From an uncultured Chloroflexia bacterium (GTDB lineage: Bacteria; Chloroflexota; Limnocylindria; Limnocylindrales; CSP1-4), in the NCBI GenBank assembly GCA_963833225.1, contig CAWHXD010000008.1, positions 768,001-832,000 on the forward strand: a DNA stretch of 64,000 nucleotides, in the 5' to 3' direction. Positions 1-8,731 of this stretch are shown here, piece by piece (positions within the stretch are counted from its first letter, which is position 1; every line of letters begins with the position of its first letter). Made by a program: the position numbers and the translations under genes. The notes below the pieces were generated by a model that saw only the letters and a list, made by a program, of their open reading frames with translations, was not told where the DNA came from and searched no databases.

Positions 1-39
1 GCTTGGTCCAGGCACGTTCTCGTGCTGAAGTTCCTACCA

Positions 40-60
40 CTCTTCAGTTGTTAAGGTGCA
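40..60 (-). promoter_or_regulatory. boxA-like antitermination element of a probable rRNA operon leader
   Basis: Minus strand TGCACCTTAACAACTGAAGAG resembles rrn boxA (TGCTCTTTAACA) and lies downstream of two tandem sigma70 promoters; the rRNA itself is outside the window. Confidence 0.6.
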
Positions 61-97
61 GCGCCCGGCCTTGTACCGCCCGGAGCGCGGACTGCCT

Positions 98-126
98 AGT
101 GTTACGCAGTTCGCCCCCGGTGTCAA
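98..126 (-). promoter_or_regulatory. sigma70 promoter (rrn P2-like)
   Basis: TTGACA (126-121), 17 nt spacer, AACACT (103-98). Confidence 0.6.
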
Positions 127-197
127 ACGGGGTTTCGGGGTGGTCCTCGCCCTGGCGAGGGACCGGTGAGCCTCGGGTTCGTGAGGCGCGAGGACGG

Positions 198-226
198 ATG
201 GTAGGGACAGTCCGGGGTGCTGTCAA
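198..226 (-). promoter_or_regulatory. sigma70 promoter (rrn P1-like)
   Basis: TTGACA (226-221), 17 nt spacer, TACCAT (203-198). Confidence 0.7.
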
Positions 227-303
227 ACGCCTCGCCGCGCGGGGTCTCGCGCGCTCGATTCTGGCCCGCGCTGGGCATCGGACCGGCCCGCCGGCCGCCG
301 CTG

Positions 304-1593
304 TCAGGGCATCACCAGGCGGATCGCCGCCTTGTCCTCGGGCGGTGTCGGCGGGAGCCAGCCGCTCGAGGACCAGGGGTCCAGCACCCATACGACGGCC
401 GCGCTGTCGGTGGGCTCGAGGTCTGTGGGAATGTCAAGGATCATCTCGAACCTGACGGTTGAGCCCGGCGCGATCGGCGGCAGGCCTGCGCAATTGAGGA
501 CGTGCTCCTCGACGACATCCCTGCCGACGACATTGAGACTGAGACGCTCCTGATAGGCGGGGCAGGGCTGGAGCACGATCGCCGCCGACGTCGGGTTGGT
601 GATGACCATGACGTAGCGGAGTGGTTGTCCGATCGCCGCCTCGTCGGGCAGCTCCAGATGACCCGACAGCGACGAGACCGGCAGCGCCGGGGGCTCGGTG
701 GCCTCGGGTCCGTCCGTCGCGCGGAACGGATCGACCGACAGCGTCGACGCCGCGCCGGGAGAGTCGCAGCGCGGAGTATTGCCGCCGCGGTCCGCGCGCG
801 CTCGACCGATCAGCGAGCCGTCCGGCAGCCACACGCGGAACCTGACTGGCCCGACCGGCGCAGCGTGGCACCAGTTCATCCAGACCAGGAACACCGTGGC
901 CACACCTGGGGGCGGCTCGGCCCTTAGGTTCGGGACCGCCTGACCGGGCTCGAGCTCCACGGGTTGGCCGCGTCGGCTCCCGGGATCAGCCTGGGAGACC
1001 GGCAGGGTCCGCCCGCCACCGTCAACCAGCTCCACCCGCGGCACACCCTCGACGACGCAGGCGCGCGGCCCCGTGTTTGCGAGCGTGAACCCGCCCGCCA
1101 GCGAGCCGGTCGCACCATCCAGGAAGGCCCGGCCGATCTCGAGGTCCGCGGCGCGACACGGCGGGCCGTGGGGCGGTGCGGCCGTCGGTGCCGCGGTGGG
1201 CGGCACGGGCGTCTCGGGCGACCAGGCGACGACCCCCGGCTCGGCCGGCGAGACGGCGGGAACAGCCGATGGCGACACCGAGGCAGCCGAGGCCGTTGGG
1301 CTCACTGGGACGTCCGCTGACGCCGGTGCCGTGGTCATCTCCGGCGCGGGACTTGTGCGCCAGGCGGACCCGGCGATGAGCGCAATACCACCCGCGAGCG
1401 CAACGAGCAGCAGGACGGGCACGAGCCGTGCTGCCGGGCCGCCGCCGAAGCGTCGCGACGGGAGTCGTGCCGCCGGACCGACCGGCAGTCGTCCGAGCAA
1501 CGTCCACAGCGCTTCCGGGGCGTCGGGGAGCCCGGCCGCACGATACGTGGTTTGCACCCGCCGTTCGAGCTCGTCGTCGCGATGGTCGCTCAT
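304..1593 (-). CDS. Putative anti-sigma factor: single-TM protein with Pro/Ala/Ser linker and DUF4232-like Cys-containing extracytoplasmic domains
   Basis: ATG overlaps the sigma stop (ATGA); TM LVPVLLLVALAGGIALIAG; motif PCRAADL...LANTGPRACVVEGVP. Confidence 0.65.
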   Translation of the reverse strand: MSDHRDDELERRVQTTYRAAGLPDAPEALWTLLGRLPVGPAARLPSRRFGGGPAARLVPVLLLVALAGGIALIAGSAWRTSPAPEMTTAPASADVPVSPTASAASVSPSAVPAVSPAEPGVVAWSPETPVPPTAAPTAAPPHGPPCRAADLEIGRAFLDGATGSLAGGFTLANTGPRACVVEGVPRVELVDGGGRTLPVSQADPGSRRGQPVELEPGQAVPNLRAEPPPGVATVFLVWMNWCHAAPVGPVRFRVWLPDGSLIGRARADRGGNTPRCDSPGAASTLSVDPFRATDGPEATEPPALPVSSLSGHLELPDEAAIGQPLRYVMVITNPTSAAIVLQPCPAYQERLSLNVVGRDVVEEHVLNCAGLPPIAPGSTVRFEMILDIPTDLEPTDSAAVVWVLDPWSSSGWLPPTPPEDKAAIRLVMP

Positions 1594-2108
1594 CGTCCGC
1601 CTCCCCGCTCGTCGCCGAGCGCTGCGCGGATCGAGCGCAGCGCCCGGTGCAGACGCGTCTTCACGGTCCCGGCCGGGGAGCCCGTGCGCCGGGCAACCTC
1701 CTCGAGGGTCAGGTCGGCCCAGTAGTGCAGGACGACGACCGTCCGCTCGTCGATACCCAGCCCGTCGGCCGCCCGAAGGATGGCGTCGCGCTCGATGACA
1801 GACCGGAACGGATCGCGATCCGCGACCGCGGGATCGTCCGGGAGTGGCACGAAGCGCACCCGCCGCTGCCGGCGCAACCGGTCCCGGCAGGCATTGACGA
1901 GGATCCGGTCGAACCATGCCTCGAAGCGATCGTCGTCGCGCAACGTGCCGAGCTCCCGCCACGATCGCAGCAGCGCGTCCTGGACCGCGTCCTCGGCATC
2001 CGCGCCATGCCCCAGGATCAGCCCGGCGAGGTGATAGCTGCGTCGGAGCCCGGCCGCAGCAAGCCGGTGCCAGCGGATCTCGTCGGTCTCGCTCGGCGCC
2101 AACTGCAC
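1590..2108 (-). CDS. ECF RNA polymerase sigma factor
   Basis: DAEDAVQDALL, FEAWFDRILVN (region 2); EVARRTGSPAGTVKTRLHRA (region 4). Confidence 0.9.
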   Translation of the reverse strand: MQLAPSETDEIRWHRLAAAGLRRSYHLAGLILGHGADAEDAVQDALLRSWRELGTLRDDDRFEAWFDRILVNACRDRLRRQRRVRFVPLPDDPAVADRDPFRSVIERDAILRAADGLGIDERTVVVLHYWADLTLEEVARRTGSPAGTVKTRLHRALRSIRAALGDERGGGR

Positions 2109-2216
2109 GACCCCCTCCCCTGGTCCTGATTTCGCGAAGCGCGCGGTCCAACGCCGTCACACCCATCCCGACGAACGCGGAGCCCGGATCGTTTTCAGGC
2201 GCGCAGGGGACTGCGC

Positions 2217-2402
2217 CTAGATCGGGCTCTCCTCGACGAGCAGGATGAACGCCGCCCCGCTGAGCCAGCACAGGAGCACGAGCGTGCCGGACGGCTCGAC
2301 GCCGAGCGGGCCCACGGCCAGCAGCCAGAACACGAGCCCGGCCAGCGCGGCGAACAGCGCCTTCGACAGGCGCAGCAGGATCTCGAACGCCAGCTCGCGC
2401 AT
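2217..2402 (-). CDS. Small two-TM membrane protein (61 aa)
   Basis: Start overlaps the recR stop; two hydrophobic segments. Confidence 0.7.
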   Translation of the reverse strand: MRELAFEILLRLSKALFAALAGLVFWLLAVGPLGVEPSGTLVLLCWLSGAAFILLVEESPI

Positions 2403-3019
2403 CAGAGCGCCCGCCGGCCCTGGAACGAGCGGATGAGGGTGACGTCGTCTGCGTACTCGAGGTCACCACCGACGGGCAGGCCGCGGGCGATCCGGGTGAC
2501 GGACCCGACGCGTCCCTCGAGGCGCTCGCCGAGGTACATCGCGGTCGCCTCGCCCTCGAGCGTCGGGTTGGTGGCGATGATGACCTCCTCGAACCGGTTG
2601 CCCTCCCCGGCCGCCTCGTCCACCCGTGCGAGCAGCTCACGGATCTTGAGCCGCTCGGGTCCGATCCCGTCGATCGGGCTGATCGCCCCGTGGAGCACGT
2701 GGTAGCGGCCCTTGAACTCGCCGGTCCGCTCGATCGCGAGCACGTCGAGTGGCTCTTCAACGACGCACAGCCGGATCTCGTCGCGGCCCGGGTCCCGGCA
2801 GATGGGGCACTGCGGCGCATCGCTGATGTTGAAGCACGTGTCGCAGAAGACGACCTCGTCGCGGACGGCCACCAGCGCCCTGGCGAGGGCACGGGCCTCG
2901 GCGTCGGGTGCCCGGAGGAGGTGGTAGGTGAGGCGCTGGGCCGTCTTGGGGCCGATGCCGGGCAGGCGCGCAAAGGCCTCGATCAGGCGCGCGACGGGCT
3001 CGATGACGGCGCTGGACAC
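2402..3019 (-). CDS. recR: Recombination mediator RecR
   Basis: LPGIGPKTAQRL HhH motif, C4 zinc finger, TOPRIM ATNPTLEGEATA. Confidence 0.97.
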   Translation of the reverse strand: MSSAVIEPVARLIEAFARLPGIGPKTAQRLTYHLLRAPDAEARALARALVAVRDEVVFCDTCFNISDAPQCPICRDPGRDEIRLCVVEEPLDVLAIERTGEFKGRYHVLHGAISPIDGIGPERLKIRELLARVDEAAGEGNRFEEVIIATNPTLEGEATAMYLGERLEGRVGSVTRIARGLPVGGDLEYADDVTLIRSFQGRRAL

Positions 3020-3029
3020 GGACCGACCG

Positions 3030-3338
3030 TCAGCCCAGGCCGGGCAGGCGGAGGCCGGCGGTGACGGCGCCCATCTTCTGCTCGGCCAGCTGGGCAGCCG
3101 CTTTCAGCGCGTCGTTGACCGCGGCCATGACCAGGTCCTGGAGCATCTCCACATCAGCCGGATCCACGGCAGACGGGTCGATCGCGAGCCCGACAAGCTC
3201 CTGCTTCCCGGTCACCGTGGCCTTGACGACGCCGCCGCCCGCCGAGCCCTCGACCGTCATGGTCTCGAGCTCCTGCTGGACGCGCGCCATGTCCTGCTGC
3301 ATCTGCATCGCCATGCGCTGCAGGTTGCCCATGCCCAT
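3030..3338 (-). CDS. ybaB: YbaB/EbfC nucleoid-associated protein
   Basis: VEGSAGGGVV...DVEMLQDLVMAAVNDA; located between dnaX and recR. Confidence 0.95.
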   Translation of the reverse strand: MGMGNLQRMAMQMQQDMARVQQELETMTVEGSAGGGVVKATVTGKQELVGLAIDPSAVDPADVEMLQDLVMAAVNDALKAAAQLAEQKMGAVTAGLRLPGLG

Positions 3339-3429
3339 GCTGGTTCCCTCCCGAGGCTGTGGCGGTGGATGGTCCATCTCGACCCAGTCTCGCCCATGCG
3401 CCACCAGCATGCACGGACCGGGAGCGGGA

Positions 3430-5184
3430 TCAGGTGACGTCAGGCACGTCGAGGCGATCGTCGGCGAAGATCCGGTGTGCCTCGGCGAGGATATGCGCGG
3501 CCTCCTGGTCGGCCGGCAGCGGCGGCAGCAGGTCGAGGTTGGTCGCGATGCACCGGACCCCGACGTCGTGGCCCAGGTAGCCGCCGAGGCACTCCTCGAG
3601 CAGGGGCCGGCGGCGGTCGGCGACATCCTTGAGGAACCCCTGCTCCTCCGGGAACCCGAGCGTCACGACGTTGCCCTCGACCCCGATGGGGCGGCAGGCG
3701 GTGATCAGCGGCTTCACGGCGCGGTTCCGCTCGGTGATCGTGGTCACGACCGCGGTCCAGCCACGGCGTAGCCGCTCGAGGTCGTCGTCCGGCTCGCCAC
3801 CGGGCATGAGGGTGCCGGCGGCAGGGCTTGTGCGTGGAGCGTCGAGATCCTTCGCCGGCGGTGGGACCTCGCCGCCTTGGACCGGGTCCGGGCTCGTGGC
3901 TGGCGCCTCTGCCTCGCTCGGAGCCTGGGCGCCGGCTGGGGCCACGGCCTGGGCGGCAGCTGGGGCCGCGTCCGGTCCTGCTGGGTCCGGACCTGCTGGG
4001 GCCGCAGCCGCCCGGGACCGGGCTGCCGGGCGTGGAGCGTCTTCGTGCGCGGGCGCGGGCGCGCGTTCCTGTTGCCGCGCGAGCTCGGGTTGCCGCGCGA
4101 GCTCGGGCGGCTGGACGCGGAGCGCATCCGACGGAGCCGCACCGAGAGCCACGGCGGGCTCGAGCAGGGCCAGCTCGAGCTGGAGACGCAGGCCACCCGC
4201 ACCGAGGCGCGTCGGGTCGATGGCGGCAAGGCGGCGCGCGGCGGCGACGATCCCGGCGTCGGCAGCAGCACCGCCGCCGAACCCGGCGAGCATGCGCTCA
4301 CGGAGCGAATCCACCACCTGGTCCAGGAAGACCCGCAGGTCGCGGCCCCGCTCCTCGAGTCGGTCCAGCAGCGCGATCCCTGCGGCCGCGTCTCCCATCG
4401 TCAGCGCATCGACGAAGCCGTCCACCAGCTCGCCATCCGCAAGCCCCAGCAGATCGCGAACGGCGTCCGCCTCGATCCGGCCCGCGGTCGACGAGAACAG
4501 CTGGTCCAGGATCGACTCGGCGTCACGCATCCCGCCCGCGGCGAGGCGCGCGACCACGGCGATGGCATCGGGGTCCGCCTCCCGGCCGTCGGCGCCAAGG
4601 ATCCGCTCGAGCTTGCCCGTGATCTCGGCGGTGGTCAGGCGTCGGACGTCGAACCGCTGCAACCGGGACAGGATGGCCGGCGGAAAGTCCTGGGGATGGG
4701 TCGACGCGAACATGAAGGTCACGAAGTCCGGCGGCTCCTCGAGCGACTTGAGGAGCGCGTTCCATGCGTCGCGCGTGATCTGGTGGGCCTCGTCGAGGAT
4801 GTACACCTTCCGGCGCAGGTCCGTCGGCGCGTAGTTGAGCCGCTCCCTGAGCTCGCGGACATCGTTGATGCCCCGGTTCGAGGCGGCATCGATCTCCACC
4901 AGGTCCATGGCGCGGCCCTCGCGGATCGCGACACAGGACGCGCAGACGTCGCAGGGGTCGGCGTTGGGCTGCAGGTTCTCGCAGTTGAGCGCCTTCGCCA
5001 GGATGCGGGCGAGCGAGGTCTTGCCCGTGCCCCTCGGACCCGTGAACAGGATCGCGTGGGCGACCTTGCCCGTCGCCACCGCGTTGCGGAGCGTGGCGAC
5101 CACCGCCTCCTGCCCGACGATCTCGGAGAACGTCTGGGCTCGCCAGCGGCGGTAGAGGGCCTGGTGGGTCGTCCCTGCGGTCAA
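3430..5184 (-). CDS. dnaX: DNA polymerase III subunit gamma/tau
   Basis: ALYRRWR, GPRGTGKT, EIDAASN, ILDEAH; TTG start after AGGAG. Confidence 0.95.
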   Translation of the reverse strand: MTAGTTHQALYRRWRAQTFSEIVGQEAVVATLRNAVATGKVAHAILFTGPRGTGKTSLARILAKALNCENLQPNADPCDVCASCVAIREGRAMDLVEIDAASNRGINDVRELRERLNYAPTDLRRKVYILDEAHQITRDAWNALLKSLEEPPDFVTFMFASTHPQDFPPAILSRLQRFDVRRLTTAEITGKLERILGADGREADPDAIAVVARLAAGGMRDAESILDQLFSSTAGRIEADAVRDLLGLADGELVDGFVDALTMGDAAAGIALLDRLEERGRDLRVFLDQVVDSLRERMLAGFGGGAAADAGIVAAARRLAAIDPTRLGAGGLRLQLELALLEPAVALGAAPSDALRVQPPELARQPELARQQERAPAPAHEDAPRPAARSRAAAAPAGPDPAGPDAAPAAAQAVAPAGAQAPSEAEAPATSPDPVQGGEVPPPAKDLDAPRTSPAAGTLMPGGEPDDDLERLRRGWTAVVTTITERNRAVKPLITACRPIGVEGNVVTLGFPEEQGFLKDVADRRRPLLEECLGGYLGHDVGVRCIATNLDLLPPLPADQEAAHILAEAHRIFADDRLDVPDVT

Positions 5185-5252
5185 CGGCGCTCCTGCGAAT
5201 CCTCCGGCCGATGGCTTGCGGGCGCTGCGCCTCGGCCGTCGGAGGGTTAATT

Positions 5253-5519
5253 GCCGTGCACCCTCCGTCGATACGGACGCCCCCGCGCCCAGCGGCGAGC
5301 GCGGCTCGGACCAGGCCGTTCCGCGGCACCCGACGAGCATCGCTGAGTGCTGCTTCCTTCCGGACCTGACACGGTTCACGAGTCGCCGCTGCGCGGGACC
5401 CGATCCTCAACGTCGCGAACGCCGTCGGCTCTCGAAGAACGCCGACCTCGGGAGGGAATTCAGCCCTGCTGGAGCGGATTGCAGGTACAGGGCACCGCTA
5501 GTTCCCCGCCTAGCACGGC
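5253..5519 (-). ncRNA. ffs: Signal recognition particle RNA, large (Alu-containing) bacterial type
   Basis: S domain GTCAGGTCCGGAAGGAAGCAGC; 5' GCCGTGCTAGGCGGGGAACTAGCGGTGCCCTGTACC pairs with 3' GCACGGC; upstream of dnaX. Confidence 0.95.
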
Positions 5520-5525
5520 GCGGCG

Positions 5526-5534
5526 ATCATAGCA
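5526..5534 (-). promoter_or_regulatory. Extended -10 promoter of the SRP RNA
   Basis: TGCTATGAT 6 nt before the RNA 5' end; similar TGCTATNNT precedes the tRNAs ending at 5721, 5866 and 33339. Confidence 0.7.
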
Positions 5535-5633
5535 GGGGCGGTCGGCGCGGCCGGCCGGCGCGACAGGACGGCGGGAGAGCCACCCGACCCGGGGCCAAGG
5601 CCGGCACGGCCGCCAGTCCGGTCAGGCAAGAGC

Positions 5634-5721
5634 TGGCGGAGAGGGCGGGATTTGAACCCGCGATGGGTTGCCCCATACCGCATTTCCAGTGCGGCGCCCT
5701 AGGCCACTAGGCGACCTCTCC
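5634..5721 (-). tRNA. tRNA-Ser(GGA)
   Basis: Anticodon arm CCGCA-CTGGAAA-TGCGG, long variable arm, encoded CCA. Confidence 0.97.
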
Positions 5722-5737
5722 ACTCCAGAGCATAGCA

Positions 5738-5765
5738 AGACCCGACGGGGTCGCCCGTCGGGTCT
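5738..5765. terminator. Hairpin between the two tRNA-Ser genes
   Basis: AGACCCGACGGG-GTCG-CCCGTCGGGTCT, perfect 12-bp stem. Confidence 0.6.
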
Positions 5766-5778
5766 GATTGGCGGCAGG

Positions 5779-5866
5779 TGGCGGAGAGGGTGGGATTCGA
5801 ACCCACGCTAGCTCTCGCTAGACCGCTTTTCGAGAGCGGCACCATCAACCACTCGGACACCTCTCC
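5779..5866 (-). tRNA. tRNA-Ser(CGA)
   Basis: Anticodon arm CCGCT-CTCGAAA-AGCGG, long variable arm, encoded CCA. Confidence 0.97.
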
Positions 5867-5972
5867 GCCGCGAAGGATAGCAAGGGGGGCGGCGACGGGC
5901 CATGGGGCCGCGATGGGCGAGCGCGGGGCTCGAGCAGGCCGGCGAGCCGTCCGGCTTGGCGAGCGTGCCGCC

Positions 5973-6425
5973 TCAGGCGCCCGAGACGGCGCCCTCGAGC
6001 TCGCCGGTGAGCTCCTCGGCCTCGACGCGGCGGATCCCGGAGACGACCTCCAGGCGTCTGCCGAGGCGCGGATCGTCGGCCAGCTGGATCACCGACCCGG
6101 CCGCCCCGCACACCGGGTTGGGCGTCGCGTAGACGAGGGCCGCGGCATCGCACTCGAGCATCGCCGCCACGCACATCGGGCAGGGCTCGATGGTCGTGAA
6201 GATGGTCACGTCGGTGAGGCTCCGGGTGCCGAGCCTGCGGGCGGCCTCCCGCAGGGCCGCCATCACCGCGTGGGCGGTGGGGTCCGGACCCGTGCCGACC
6301 CGGTTCGAGCCCCGGGCGACCATCGCGTCGTTCATGACCGCGATCGCCCCAACGGGCGGCGCTCCCCTCGCGGCGGCCTCCCGGGCCTCCGCGAGCGCCT
6401 CGCCCATGAACAGCTCGTAGTTCAT
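5973..6425 (-). CDS. tadA: TadA-family deaminase with HAE->HAV substitution (probably catalytically inactive)
   Basis: PVGA, DPTAHAV, EPCPMC, GAAGS; syntenic with SRP-dnaX-ybaB-recR. Confidence 0.8.
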   Translation of the reverse strand: MNYELFMGEALAEAREAAARGAPPVGAIAVMNDAMVARGSNRVGTGPDPTAHAVMAALREAARRLGTRSLTDVTIFTTIEPCPMCVAAMLECDAAALVYATPNPVCGAAGSVIQLADDPRLGRRLEVVSGIRRVEAEELTGELEGAVSGA

Positions 6426-6586
6426 GTCGACGATCATAGCGACCGGCCCTCGCGTTAGGATTGGGGGGGACCCGCGTCGCGTCTCCGGCGCCCAAGGGTT
6501 CCCGGCCTTCAGAAGCGCGCAGGCGTGTGCGCCGCCGACCTTCAGCACCGCATCCCGGCCCGCGGCCGGGACCCATCGGAGCGCTC

Positions 6587-7779
6587 ATGGCAGGACCTCG
6601 ACGGATCGGCATCCTCACCGGCGGCGGCGACGTCCCGGGTCTCAACTCGGTCATCAAGAGCGTCGTCTACCGCGCCACGGATCTCGGGTACGAGGTGGTC
6701 GGGATCCGGCGCGGCTGGGAGGGCCTCACCCACCAGCGACGGACGGCGGACCTGGACCCCGAATACGCCCGGATCCTGGACCGGACCAACACCCGGACGA
6801 TCGATCGGACCGGCGGCACGATCCTCCACTCCTCACGCACCAACCCGCGCAAGATGCGGACCACCGCGCTGCCCTACTGGCTGGACCCCGCGACGATCGC
6901 CGACAAGGAGACGTCCGAGGGCGTCTACGACCTCACGGACCACGTCCTCGACACGATCGAGCACCTCGGGCTGACCCACCTGGTCACGATCGGCGGCGAC
7001 GACACGCTCTCGTTCAGCTCGGCGCTGTACGAGCGGGGCCTGCCGCTGGTGGCCATCCCCAAGACGATGGACAACGACGTCAACGGGACCGAGTACTGCA
7101 TCGGCTTCTCGAGCGCGATCACCCGGGCCAAGGAGGTGCTCAACCGCCAGCGGACGACGCTCGGTTCGCACGAGCGGATCGGCGTGTTCCGCATCTTCGG
7201 CCGGGACGCGGGGTTCACGGCGATGTACACCGCGTACGTCACGTCCACGCGCTGCGTGATCCCGGAGTTCCCCTACGACATCAAGGCCCTCGCGGACATC
7301 GTCAGCGAGGACCATCGGAACAACCCGTCCCGATACGCCATCGTGATCACGGCGGAAGGCGCGATCTGGGAAGGCGGGTCGATGGCCGACGTCGGCGACG
7401 CGGACGCGTTTGGGCACCGCCACAAGATCAACGTGGGCGAGGTCCTCGCATCCGAGCTCAAGACTCTGACCGGGATCGAGGCCGTCGCGTCCGATCTCAC
7501 CTACGACCTCCGATCGGGCGAGCCGGACATGCTCGACTCGATGGTCGCCACGACCTTCGCCAACGTCGCCATGGACCTCATCCGGGACGGCATCGGCGGG
7601 CGGATGGTCGCCATCCGCGACGGCAAGTACGCCCACGTCTCCCTCGCGGAGACGGGCAAGCCGCCGCGCCGGGTCCAGCTCGCGGCCTACGACACCGAGC
7701 GCGATTCCGACCCAGGTACTCGGACCGCTTCGGCGACCCGCTGCTCCTGACCCCGTCGCTGGGACCGGTCGAGGGCTGA
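6587..7779 (+). CDS. pfkA: 6-phosphofructokinase, PPi-type signature; C-terminal frameshift near 7700
   Basis: ILTGGGDVPGLN, GGTIL, GGDDT, PKTMDND. Confidence 0.88.
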
Positions 7780-7808
7780 GCCCGCACCCCTCTCCCAAGG
7801 CATCGCGA

Positions 7809-7834
7809 GGCGGGCCGCCGGCAGGCGGCCCGTC
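7809..7834. terminator. Hairpin between convergent genes
   Basis: GGCGGGCCGCC-GGCA-GGCGGCCCGTC. Confidence 0.5.
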
Positions 7835-7848
7835 CCCACGTGCGGGGC

Positions 7849-8731
7849 CTACCCCTCCAGGCCCGACAGCGACCGGATCGCCCGGGCGAGATTGGACATG
7901 TCCTCGTCGCCATAGCCGCGGGCCACCAGCCCGGCCTCGAGCTGTGCGGCGAGCGACGCCACGGGCAGCGTTGTGCCCGTGGATCGCGCGAGATCGAGCC
8001 CGATCGTGAGGTCCTTGAGGTGGAGCGATGTCCGGAAGCCCAGCGGGTATTCGTTGCGGATCATCCTCCCGCCCCGGTTCTCGAGGATCCAGCTCTTCGC
8101 CACGCCCCCGCCCAGGGCGCCCGCCACGGCTTCTCGGATCCAGCCCGGCCTTCATGGCCAACGTCAGCCCCTCGGCCACCCCGAGATAGGTGCCGGCGAT
8201 CATGACCTGGTTGACGGCCTTGACGGCCTGGCCGCTGCCCGCCGGGCCGAAGTGGCTGATCGTCGAGCCCATGGCCGCGAGCACCGGGCGCGCCCGATCG
8301 ACGTCGCCCGCCTCGCCCCCCACGAAGATGGTCAGCGTTGCCTTCCTCGCCCCCTCGGAGCCGCCCGAGACCGGCGCGTCGACCATGCCGATCCCGCGCT
8401 CCCGCAGGCGGGCCGCGAACGCCGTGGTCGCCGATGGAGAGATCGTGGAGCAGTCGACGAGCAGGCCGCCCGCCGCCAGCCCGTCGGCGACGCCATCGGG
8501 TCCGAACACCACGGCCTCGACATCCGGCGTGTCCGAGACGCAGGTGACCACGATGTCGGCGGCGCGCGCCGCGTCGGACGGTGAGGCGGCCTCGGTCCCA
8601 CCGAGCGCAAGCAGGTCCGCCGCCCGGCCGGGGGTCCGGTTCCACGCCGTGACCGGGAACCCCGCCTTGAGGAGGTTGGCGGCCATCGCCACCCCCATGG
8701 TGCCAAGCCCGACGAACGCGATCCGGTCCAC
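7849..8731 (-). CDS. NAD(P)-dependent beta-hydroxyacid dehydrogenase (GarR/MmsB family); frameshift near 8130
   Basis: FVGLGTMG, DAPVSGG, KAVNQ, F..SLHLKDL. Confidence 0.9.

Noticed and set aside
3430-5184. Programmed frameshift producing DnaX gamma
   Set aside because: No A-run slippery site seen; only a Pro/Ala linker with a short PELARQ duplication.
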